Of a stretch of 64,000 nt of DNA, positions 8,367 through 16,212 are shown piece after piece. Numbering within the stretch: the first letter of the stretch is position 1; every line of letters begins with the position of its first letter. The position numbers and the translations under genes are program-made. The DNA is taken from NCBI GenBank assembly GCA_964574125.1, contig CAZNLI010000005.1:431-64430 (forward strand), given 5' to 3'. Origin of the DNA: an uncultured Methanoregula sp. (lineage in GTDB: Archaea; Halobacteriota; Methanomicrobia; Methanomicrobiales; Methanospirillaceae). The notes beneath the pieces are model-generated. The model was not told the origin of the DNA, made no database searches, and worked only from the letters and a program-made list of their open reading frames with translations.

Positions 8367-8468
8367 ATGATGCATTATTACACAATTCGGGAAACGAGAA
8401 AAGACAACGAGTACGCTGCGGCCATTATCCGCAGCGGGGAATTTCGGGAGCGGGGGCGGAGTCCATGA
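8367..8468 (+). CDS. 33-aa small ORF between permease paralogs (hypothetical)
   Basis: ATG 8367 is preceded by TAAGGAGGA at about 7 nt. The stop TGA (8466-8468) overlaps ATG 8465 of the next permease (ATGA). Product MMHYYTIRETRKDNEYAAAIIRSGEFRERGRSP. It is below the ORF-track size cutoff. Confidence 0.3.
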   Translation: MMHYYTIRETRKDNEYAAAIIRSGEFRERGRSP

Positions 8469-9610
8469 CAGGTACCGGCGTCATTGCCATTGCACGTAAG
8501 GAGTTCTTCGATCACCTGATCAGCCGGAAGTTCCTCCTCGTCTTTGCGATCCTGCTCATCGTGGCAGTTGTCGGGATCCTGACCGGGATCTCAGATTATA
8601 ATTCGGCGATAACGAAGTACAATTATAACCAGAAGACCGCATCACAGGAAAGCGGGGCACAGTCAGCAGCAGACCTCGCAATGAAAACAAAGCCCTCGGT
8701 GCTGCTCGTCTTTTACCAGATGGGACTGCTCTTCGAGATGATCGGGGCGATCCTCGGCATCGCTATGGGATTCGATCTGGTCACCAAGGAGAAGGAGAGC
8801 AAATCGCTGAAGATCCTCCTGGCGCATCCGGTGTACCGGGACGAGGTGATCAACGGTAAGGCCCTTGGCGGTATTGCCGCGATTGTCCTTGCCCTCGGGA
8901 CTACCATGGCAATATCCGGTGCACTCCTGGTGCTTTCCGGGATTTTTCCGGAACCGTCGGAAATTCTCCCGATCCTGCTCTTCTGTGCCGCAACATTCCT
9001 GCTTATCTTCGGCCTCTTCTCGATCGCCATCTTCATGTCGACTATCTGCGAAGAGAGCGGGCGGGCGCTTGTCTATACCCTCGTCGTCTTTGTTATGCTG
9101 TATGCCTTCATCCCCTCCCTGATCATGTCTCCGGTCGTGGTCGATCATGTCATCGGCCCGGCACCGGAGATGCCCAAAATCGACACCGGGGCGATGGAAA
9201 AAGCCATGGAGAGCGGGAACAAGGAGGAAGCCGACCAGCTCCAGAAACAGAGCAAGGACGCATGGGAGGCCTATTCGCAGCAGAGCGAGGTATATTTCAA
9301 GAAGCAGATGGACTGGATCAATCTCGAGTACCTGTTCTCTCCGGTCAATAATTACGAGAGGATCTCCATCTTCCTGACAAACCCGACGGCAAGGAGCGAA
9401 CTGCTCCACGGCATCAGGGGGATTTCAGGTGGAAATATCAACACCAAGGACCCGGAGATAGAAGTCACGGTCATGGGGAGAGAAGTTACGGATTTCGACC
9501 TGCCCGGGATCCTTGCCCTGCTTGCCGCAAACCTCGCAGCACTCCTGATCCTGCCGGCAGTGTTCTTCGGGATGGCGTATGTCTGTTTCATGAGGATGGA
9601 TATCCGGTGA
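8465..9610 (+). CDS. ABC-2 family permease, paralog 2
   Basis: 'VIAIARKEFFDHLISRKF' and the block 'VTKEKESKSLKILLAHPVYRDEVINGKALGGIAAI' are nearly identical to paralog 1. Confidence 0.85.
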   Translation: MTGTGVIAIARKEFFDHLISRKFLLVFAILLIVAVVGILTGISDYNSAITKYNYNQKTASQESGAQSAADLAMKTKPSVLLVFYQMGLLFEMIGAILGIAMGFDLVTKEKESKSLKILLAHPVYRDEVINGKALGGIAAIVLALGTTMAISGALLVLSGIFPEPSEILPILLFCAATFLLIFGLFSIAIFMSTICEESGRALVYTLVVFVMLYAFIPSLIMSPVVVDHVIGPAPEMPKIDTGAMEKAMESGNKEEADQLQKQSKDAWEAYSQQSEVYFKKQMDWINLEYLFSPVNNYERISIFLTNPTARSELLHGIRGISGGNINTKDPEIEVTVMGREVTDFDLPGILALLAANLAALLILPAVFFGMAYVCFMRMDIR

Positions 9611-11082
9611 AGGAATTGATCACGAACCGCCTCCCGAAATGTTATCCTTTTTTTTCCCGGGTATTTGTCATCGCGCTCATGGCAGGGATTGTCATCCTGA
9701 TACATCCGGCCACGGCAGTCGATTCCTCACCCAACAGCGACATGATCATCAAGTGCGACGTTCCCGGGAAAATCATCGAGGCCGGCGAGACCGTGGGTTT
9801 CGATCTCCTGGTCACCAACAACGGCCCCGATATTTACCGGAAGCTCTGGTACGAGACCTTCGACGGCACGAAGCTGGACTGGAAGATGAAGTTCGTCGAC
9901 GATACAAACGAGATCAATATACTGGCGATCAACCAGTACGCCTCGAAGAACATCACGTTCATTGCCGAGACGAGTTCGGCCACCCCACCGGGAGAATACA
10001 CGGTCCGGCTGCATGTCGGGGACGGCTGGTACTGGCTGTATATCACGGTATCGAAGAGCCACGCGGGGGAAAAAGGGACGCTCGAGATGAAAATCGTCGA
10101 TACCGAGGGCGAGAAGGTGAAGGGTGTGACCATCGAACTGGTCCCGAAGAACGTGTTCTCTCCCTCAATCCGGCTGATGAGCGCAGCGGACGGGAGCGTC
10201 AACGCACAGGTACCTGACGACACGTACACGATGAAGATCTCAAAGGTCGGCTATATCTCATTCGAGAAAAAGGACGTGACCATCAAGGGAGGAATCACCT
10301 TAAAAGCCGGGACCATCATGCTGGAACGTTCCCTCTTTGCCGCGGAGCTGGTCGTCAAATCACCGGCGATCACGACATCCATCGGGAAGAACCCGCGGTA
10401 CGTGATGGTGATCCGGAATATCGGGAAGAGCGACGATACCTACAGGCTCACTTCGGCAGGGACACCGGAGGGGTGGTATGTCCGGTTCCACGAGAGCGGG
10501 ACCGACGGATCGGATATCTCCGACATCTACCTGAAAGCCGGCGACGACAAGACGCTGGATATCGAGGCGATTCCCCCCTACGGCGTCCGGACCGGCGACT
10601 ACAATTTCTCGGTCAGCGCAGAATCGTCCGAGACCGTATATACCCAGAACCTGAGCGTCAGGATCCGCGGGAATTATGACATGAACCTCTATGCGGAAAA
10701 GTACCGGTACGAGGTGAACAAGGGCGACGCGGTCACGTTCCCCGTCACGGTCACCAACGGCGGGGATGCCGGGCCGCTGACCAGCGTGAAGATCGATGTC
10801 GAGGCCCCGGAAGGATGGACGGCGGAGATTACCCCCAAGACCATCGTAAGCATCCCGCCCGATGAGAAGAAGACCGTCACGGTCAGGGTCACTCCCCCGG
10901 CAAACATCGTTGCCAGCGAGTACAAGATCACGGTCAAAATCACCTCCGACCAGACCGAACAGAGCGACGAGTTCCATATCCTGGTCAGGGAACAGTCCAT
11001 GGTTGCCGTTTTCGGGTTGCTCGTCATCGGGATCGTTGGCTGCGGGGTGTGGTACATGTTCAGGAAATACAAGCGGCGGTGA
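9607..11082 (+). CDS. COG1470-like membrane-anchored protein with CARDB/NEW3-type and carboxypeptidase-regulatory-like beta-sandwich domains
   Basis: The GTG start overlaps the previous stop. Signal peptide, repeated beta-sandwich-like segments ('TYRLTSAGTPEGWYVRF', 'VEAPEGWTAEITP') and a C-terminal TM anchor plus RKYKRR. This kind of protein commonly accompanies ABC-2 exporters in archaea. Confidence 0.65.
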   Translation: MKELITNRLPKCYPFFSRVFVIALMAGIVILIHPATAVDSSPNSDMIIKCDVPGKIIEAGETVGFDLLVTNNGPDIYRKLWYETFDGTKLDWKMKFVDDTNEINILAINQYASKNITFIAETSSATPPGEYTVRLHVGDGWYWLYITVSKSHAGEKGTLEMKIVDTEGEKVKGVTIELVPKNVFSPSIRLMSAADGSVNAQVPDDTYTMKISKVGYISFEKKDVTIKGGITLKAGTIMLERSLFAAELVVKSPAITTSIGKNPRYVMVIRNIGKSDDTYRLTSAGTPEGWYVRFHESGTDGSDISDIYLKAGDDKTLDIEAIPPYGVRTGDYNFSVSAESSETVYTQNLSVRIRGNYDMNLYAEKYRYEVNKGDAVTFPVTVTNGGDAGPLTSVKIDVEAPEGWTAEITPKTIVSIPPDEKKTVTVRVTPPANIVASEYKITVKITSDQTEQSDEFHILVREQSMVAVFGLLVIGIVGCGVWYMFRKYKRR

Positions 11083-11240
11083 CCGGTGGATTCCGGAACG
11101 TTCAGGACTCCGACCCCCGCCAGAACCGGCAGCGGCCGGACGGCGGGATGTCCGCCTCCGCCGCCCGCATGGAGGAAAAAACGGCCAACACCCCTCCCGG
11201 CAGGGACGGGAGATTATCATAAAACCCGTCAGGAGAAAAC

Positions 11241-11798
11241 ATGAGAACTGATCAGAAATCGGGCATCAGGCGTATCTGCCTTGCCCTGTTCATAACCATC
11301 GCGATCCTTGTGATCGCAGGTTACATGGACTCCCCGCACGATGAGCGGGACCGGATGACAGCCACAGATAAAATGCCGGATGAAAATCCCGCTCCCGGCA
11401 CAGCGGCCACGACTGGGGCTGCGAGTGCGCAAAAGCCAGCAGAACCGGTCACGGGAGCGCCGCAGTCCCCGCAGTCTGCCGGGCCACTGGCAATCGATTC
11501 GATCGGCGACAAGACCGTTGGCGACCTTCTGGTAGTCTCCGGGACAACACACCTGCCCTTGAGGGCGCCGGTCACCATCCGCTGGAAGTACGGGGCCTCC
11601 GGCGAGGACAAGGTTCTGGCGAACCGCCCGGTCCATCCCGGCGCAGACGGGGCCGGACGTTTCAGGTTCGTCTTCGATACGAGCGGGTTTAAGCCCGGCT
11701 CCTACACAATGACCGTCGCAACAGGGAAGAAGGACGTGTCAGCATCTGCGCAGTTCGACCTTTCCGGGACATACCGGGGCACCGACACACCGCTCTAA
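11241..11798 (+). CDS. secreted surface protein (xGTTxLPxG family), ends at in-frame TAA
   Basis: N-terminal TM (ICLALFITIAILVIAG), Pro/Ala linker, domain 'GDLLVVSGTTHLPLRAPVTIRW'. The same frame continues to encode a homologous domain after the TAA at 11796. Confidence 0.7.
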   Translation: MRTDQKSGIRRICLALFITIAILVIAGYMDSPHDERDRMTATDKMPDENPAPGTAATTGAASAQKPAEPVTGAPQSPQSAGPLAIDSIGDKTVGDLLVVSGTTHLPLRAPVTIRWKYGASGEDKVLANRPVHPGADGAGRFRFVFDTSGFKPGSYTMTVATGKKDVSASAQFDLSGTYRGTDTPL

Positions 11799-12182
11799 TA
11801 CTCGGGGACCGCTGTATTACCGAAATCAGCCGGCACGCCCACGATCACCGTACAGCCACCGAACGACCGGCAGCAGGGTGAAATCTTCCGTATATCGGGC
11901 ACGACGAATCTCCCTGCCGGGACGCTCCTCTTCTACCGGGTGTTGCCCGCGTACTTTGAGGACAGGACAAAGAAGCCTGCCGCATCGTCCGGCGGGCTCC
12001 TCATGGACAACGAAGGGGGCGATACCATTGTTCTCAAAAGGCCCGGTACAGAGAACCGGTAATCGTTTGCCCTGGATGCGTGGAGTTTGGAGAAGATGGA
12101 GTACGTTGTCAATGTCTCAACGGTCAGCGAGGATTTCTTGCGGCAGGAGATCTTCGGCTGGGCTCAGTTCGCCATCCGGTGA
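11799..12182 (+). pseudogene. in-frame continuation of 11241..11798 encoding a second xGTTxLPxG domain, interrupted by a second TAA (12060-12062)
   Basis: Same frame as 11241. Encodes 'PTITVQPPNDRQQGEIFRISGTTNLPAGTLLFYRVLP...GTENR*SFALDAWSLEKMEYVVNVS', which aligns with 'DRFDVTGTTNLPAGTELLFEVYP...FNTWAFDLNTSTFGPMEYFVNVS' of 4350..5192. Confidence 0.6.
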
Positions 12183-12228
12183 ATCAGGCAGGGATCCTAA
12201 TTATGGAAAAAGATAAGTATTTTTGACG

Positions 12229-12259
12229 TAATGCACAAAATACATTACCTGTGGCTCCT
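12229..12259 (+). promoter_or_regulatory. conserved upstream leader/promoter element (partner of 4319-4349)
   Basis: TAATGCACAAAATACATTAC (12229-12248), 11 nt before ATG 12260. 19/20 identical to 4319-4338. Confidence 0.55.
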
Positions 12260-13516
12260 ATGAAAAAGAAGCATCTCACCATTGCGGGGATCATCGCTGC
12301 CATACTCCTCGCAACCATGTTCATCGGCATCTGCCTGTATTCGCCAAAATTCCCGTTCCTGCCGTCCACGACCACCATCGATCCCATCACGGATGCGAAC
12401 GTGGATGAGAACAACATGCTAATCCTCACCGGGACAACGACGCTTCCCCTGGACACATTCCTTGACATCAATGTGACGGCGGATCCCGCATCCCTCCCGC
12501 AGGATGGCGGTACCGGAAGGACAACGGTGTGGACCAACACCCTCATCAGTCCGGCAGACTGGGGGGGGAACCGCTGGAAGGGGCAGGTCGATATCTCGGA
12601 GCTGCGTCCCGCCGACTACACCGTCTCCGTCGTGACCGGGACAATGGGAGAGAACTTCACCCTGAAGTTCAGCGATCCCGTTGCGACGGCCCGCTTCACG
12701 CTCGGTGACGGGATGTCACGGCCGGGAAACGTCCATAAAAAGACAACGGTCATGCAGCCGTTCATCCGGATCAACCCTGTCGATCAGCTGACGGCTGCCA
12801 CCGTGCCGAAAATCACCGGTACGACCAGCCTTGCACCGGGCACCCCGCTTGCCTGGAGCATGCAGGCAGTTGCGAACGATACGGGAAGCCCGCAGGGATA
12901 TGCGGGCTCTGCAGCCGTCACCGAAGGGATCGATGGGATCAACCGCTGGGCCGTCCTGCCGGCTGCCACCGATGCGGCAGGACCGGTCCGGTACCGGTTT
13001 ACAATTACCGGAAACCCGTCCGGCAGCGAACCGCCCGCCGGCTCAGTCTCAGCGACTGCGGAGATCGGCCCCGTTCCGGAACCCGTTGCGCCTGTGAATA
13101 CAACCGGGACGCCGCGGGGAACGGGGTTCATCACCATCGACGCTCTTCCCGATATCCGGGCAGACAGCGTGTATATCCTTACCGGGACCACTAGCCTCCC
13201 CCCCGGTGAAGACCTCCTCGTCCAGGTCTATCCTGTTTCGTTCGAGACGAATTACAACTTCTCGCTGGAAGGAAGCGAGGCGGGGAAGAACCGCAACCTC
13301 TCGGGAGATGTTGTCTTCGGAGGGGCGACCGGCATGACGAGGATCCTGAACGGGAGCGCGGGAGAGAACCTCTGGTCGTTCCGGCTGGAGACCTACCAGA
13401 TCAGCGGGGGGGAATACCAGATCAATGTCAGCAACGACAGGTACGACTATGATGCCAAAACCCTTGTCAACGGAGATCTGTACAGCACGCGGATATTTCC
13501 CCTCCGGGGAGGATGA
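12260..13516 (+). CDS. secreted multi-domain surface protein (three xGTTxLPxG domains)
   Basis: Start at MKKKHLTIAGIIAAILLATMFIG. Domains 'MLILTGTTTLPLDTFLDINV', 'PKITGTTSLAPGTPLAWSMQ' and 'YILTGTTSLPPGEDLLVQVYP'. Confidence 0.8.
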   Translation: MKKKHLTIAGIIAAILLATMFIGICLYSPKFPFLPSTTTIDPITDANVDENNMLILTGTTTLPLDTFLDINVTADPASLPQDGGTGRTTVWTNTLISPADWGGNRWKGQVDISELRPADYTVSVVTGTMGENFTLKFSDPVATARFTLGDGMSRPGNVHKKTTVMQPFIRINPVDQLTAATVPKITGTTSLAPGTPLAWSMQAVANDTGSPQGYAGSAAVTEGIDGINRWAVLPAATDAAGPVRYRFTITGNPSGSEPPAGSVSATAEIGPVPEPVAPVNTTGTPRGTGFITIDALPDIRADSVYILTGTTSLPPGEDLLVQVYPVSFETNYNFSLEGSEAGKNRNLSGDVVFGGATGMTRILNGSAGENLWSFRLETYQISGGEYQINVSNDRYDYDAKTLVNGDLYSTRIFPLRGG

Positions 13517-13519
13517 CCG

Positions 13520-14098
13520 ATGAAACGGCTCACCTATCTCGCTTGTGCCCTGCTGGTCGCGACCGTTGTCGCCGCAATGGCCGGGTGGTCGATGGCAACG
13601 GGAAACCTCCTTGTGCCGGTCATCGCGATCCCGCTCGGGGCGATCGTCATTCTCGCCTGCCGGCGGAACGTCCGGGAAGTGATCGGCGACGAGCGGCTGA
13701 ACAAGGTCCGGTCGCAGGCTGCGCTCCGGACCCTCGAGGTTGCGATCATCGTGGGGGCGATCGCCACGGTCGTCCTCTACTCCTTCATGACGAGCGGGAG
13801 CCTGAGCCCGAAAGTAACGGGCAGCGTGTACACCAATTCCGACGGGACAAGTACCATGGTGATCAACCTCTACCGCCCGGGGGCCCCCCAGACAGCCGAG
13901 AACCTGATACGATCAACCACGATCAGGGACATCAACTCCATGAACGAGCTGGAAGCCATGGATTACTGCCAGTTCCGGCGCGAGGCCTTTTTGGACAACG
14001 AGCGGAAGGGGGTGGCGGGTCTTACCGTTGGGGGGCTTGTCATCTCCCTGCTTGTTACGTTTGGAGCGTTTTATCTGTATTATAGCAGAAAGTACTGA
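13520..14098 (+). CDS. DUF2178-like membrane protein
   Basis: Four predicted TM helices with 'VIGDERLNKVRSQAALRTLEV' after TM2. The classic pairing with a small XRE HTH gene lies immediately downstream. Starts 3 nt after the previous stop. Confidence 0.7.
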   Translation: MKRLTYLACALLVATVVAAMAGWSMATGNLLVPVIAIPLGAIVILACRRNVREVIGDERLNKVRSQAALRTLEVAIIVGAIATVVLYSFMTSGSLSPKVTGSVYTNSDGTSTMVINLYRPGAPQTAENLIRSTTIRDINSMNELEAMDYCQFRREAFLDNERKGVAGLTVGGLVISLLVTFGAFYLYYSRKY

Positions 14099-14113
14099 AA
14101 ATCAGAAGATGCC

Positions 14114-14341
14114 ATGAAGAACAGGATCAAGGTTTTCCGGGCCGGACGGGACATGACGCAGGAGCAGCTCGCGGAACTGGTCGGCGTCACCCGGAACACC
14201 ATCATCTCCATCGAGAAGGACAAGTACTGCCCGTCGCTGAAGCTCGGGTACCGGATCGCTGCTGTGTTTGGCGTTACGATCGATGATATCTTCACCTACG
14301 AACCGGACAAGGACGGGCCCGGGACCGATGACGATGTGTGA
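14114..14341 (+). CDS. XRE-family (Cro/C1-type) HTH transcriptional regulator
   Basis: 'MKNRIKVFRAGRDMTQEQLAELVGVTRNTIISIEKDKYCPSLKLGYRIAAVFGVTIDDIF' is a canonical short XRE HTH. Confidence 0.9.
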   Translation: MKNRIKVFRAGRDMTQEQLAELVGVTRNTIISIEKDKYCPSLKLGYRIAAVFGVTIDDIFTYEPDKDGPGTDDDV

Positions 14342-14452
14342 TGGCCGCCCATCTCCGGATGCTGCGGGGATATCCTCAACCTTTTTATCCGTTCACGCCA
14401 TTTTCACCCCACACCGCTCCTTCTTTTATACGGATCTGGGCATTGTACATGC

Positions 14453-15136
14453 ATGGTACCGGATGTCATCCTCCACACCGCAACAAGCCTCGACGGGCGG
14501 ATTACCGGGTTTCCCGCAGATCTCGAATTGTACTATGGCCTTGCCGCACAATGGAACCCCGACGCGATCCTGTTCGGGAGCGAAACGGTCCTTGCCGCGG
14601 TCAGGGACAATCCCGCGCTGGAAGTGCCGCCGGAACACGAGGAGATGTTCCGGCCGCCTGAAGGTACCCCGGATCCCCGTCCCCTGCTGATCATCGCTGA
14701 CAGCCGGGGGAAGGTCCGGTGCTGGGATGCCATCCGGCAATGGCCGTACATGCGCGACGTGCTTGCGTTCTGTTCCGCGGCAACTCCGCAGGAGTACCGT
14801 TCGTACCTTGCGGACCGGAAGATTGGGGTGATCAGCGCGGGGGAGAACCGGATCGATTTCCGCGCCGCACTTACCGATCTGGAACGACAGTACGGCGTTC
14901 ATACCGTGAGGGTTGACAGCGGCGGCACGCTCAACAGCGTCCTTTTGCAGGCTGGCGTTGTTAATGAGGTAAGTGTGCTCATCCACCCGTTCCTTGCCGG
15001 GGGCAGGCCGGATCCGACAATCTTCGATCCGGCAAAAGCCGGTTTTTCAAACCTGCAGATCCCCCTTGAACACCTCCAGACCGAGATCCTGGAACAGGGA
15101 ATTATCTGGGCACGCTACTCCGTAAAAAACCGATAA
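14453..15136 (+). CDS. RibD C-terminal domain / dihydrofolate-reductase-like reductase
   Basis: 'ILHTATSLDGRITG', 'LLIIADSRGKV' and 'RVDSGGTLNSVLLQAGVVNEVSVLIHPFLAGG' are typical RibD_C motifs. Confidence 0.75.
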   Translation: MVPDVILHTATSLDGRITGFPADLELYYGLAAQWNPDAILFGSETVLAAVRDNPALEVPPEHEEMFRPPEGTPDPRPLLIIADSRGKVRCWDAIRQWPYMRDVLAFCSAATPQEYRSYLADRKIGVISAGENRIDFRAALTDLERQYGVHTVRVDSGGTLNSVLLQAGVVNEVSVLIHPFLAGGRPDPTIFDPAKAGFSNLQIPLEHLQTEILEQGIIWARYSVKNR

Positions 15137-15320
15137 CAAAACCCGGGAAACGGTTGGAAAATATCTTTCGTAGTCCCATACCGGGAACAATATCTCCTGG
15201 AAGGCAGCCTGCCTGCTCTTTTTTATTTCTGGAGAGGAATCCACAGGCCTGCTTCGGATAATCGCACCTGATGGCGGGAGGGCGTACTCTACGCGAAGCT
15301 ACTTATCGACCGGCAGATTA

Positions 15321-16160
15321 GTGACGACCATGACCGGACCGGTCATCCTTGTCACTGGATCCACTGACGGAATTGGGAAGGCAACTGCTGCGGCACTGAT
15401 GGAACGGGGCGCCGAGATAATTCTTCATGGGAGATCGGATAAAAAAGGGGACGCTGTCAGAAAGGAGCTGCAGAAATCGGGGATGGCAAGACCGGACCTT
15501 GTGATCGCAGACTATTCGGACTTGGGTCAGATCCGTTCCATGTCGGCGGATCTCTCTTCCCGCTACTCCCGGCTGGACGTCCTTGTCAATAATGCCGGGA
15601 CCTACCGGAAGAGCCGGGAAGTGACCCGTGAAGGGATCGAGATGACCTTTGCCGTCAATTACCTCGGGCCGTTCCTGCTCACGAGCCTGCTGCTGCCCCT
15701 GCTCCGCAGGAGCGCCCCGTCCCGTATCGTCACCGTCGCTTCCGGCGCCCACGAGGATGTCACCCGGATTGACTGGGGCAATCTTTCTGCGCAACCGCAG
15801 TATGATCCCTGGCAGGCATACGCTCTCTCGAAGTTTGGCGATATCGTCTTCACGTTCGTGATAGCACGGCAGCTTGAACGGAGCGGTGTAACCGCCAACT
15901 GCCTGCATCCCGGGGTGGTCGATACGAAACTTCTCCGTTCCGCATTTCCCGGCATGGCTGGGATCGCTCTTAAAGACGGGGCAAAGACGCCGGTGTACCT
16001 TGCCCTCTCCCCGGCGGTCGCCGGTATTTCGGGGCAGTATTTCGAGAACCGGAGACTGGCGCGATCTTCAGCACTGTCGCAGGACCGGAAGGTGCAGGAG
16101 CGTTTCTTTGCGCTCGCAAAAGCCCTGACCGGAACCCCGGAATACAACCGGACCGTTTGA
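15321..16160 (+). CDS. short-chain dehydrogenase/reductase (SDR)
   Basis: TGxxxGIG motif 'VTGSTDGIGKA', 'NNAG', and catalytic 'YALSKFGD' (YxxxK). Confidence 0.9.
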   Translation: MTTMTGPVILVTGSTDGIGKATAAALMERGAEIILHGRSDKKGDAVRKELQKSGMARPDLVIADYSDLGQIRSMSADLSSRYSRLDVLVNNAGTYRKSREVTREGIEMTFAVNYLGPFLLTSLLLPLLRRSAPSRIVTVASGAHEDVTRIDWGNLSAQPQYDPWQAYALSKFGDIVFTFVIARQLERSGVTANCLHPGVVDTKLLRSAFPGMAGIALKDGAKTPVYLALSPAVAGISGQYFENRRLARSSALSQDRKVQERFFALAKALTGTPEYNRTV

Positions 16161-16212
16161 TCCGGTTTTGCATTTTGAAAAAAACCGGGGTTACGGGATC
16201 GCTTGCCCGCAA

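Noticed and set aside
11796-12062. In-frame stops as selenocysteine or pyrrolysine recoding
   Set aside because: Both codons are TAA, not TGA or TAG. No SECIS- or PYLIS-like rationale applies. Nonsense mutation or sequencing error is the more economical explanation, and the observation is kept as a finding.
11878-12216. 112-aa ORF in the region after the first TAA
   Set aside because: It is out of frame with the conserved domain. The frame continuing from 11241 encodes a sequence homologous to neighbouring paralogs, so this ORF is spurious.
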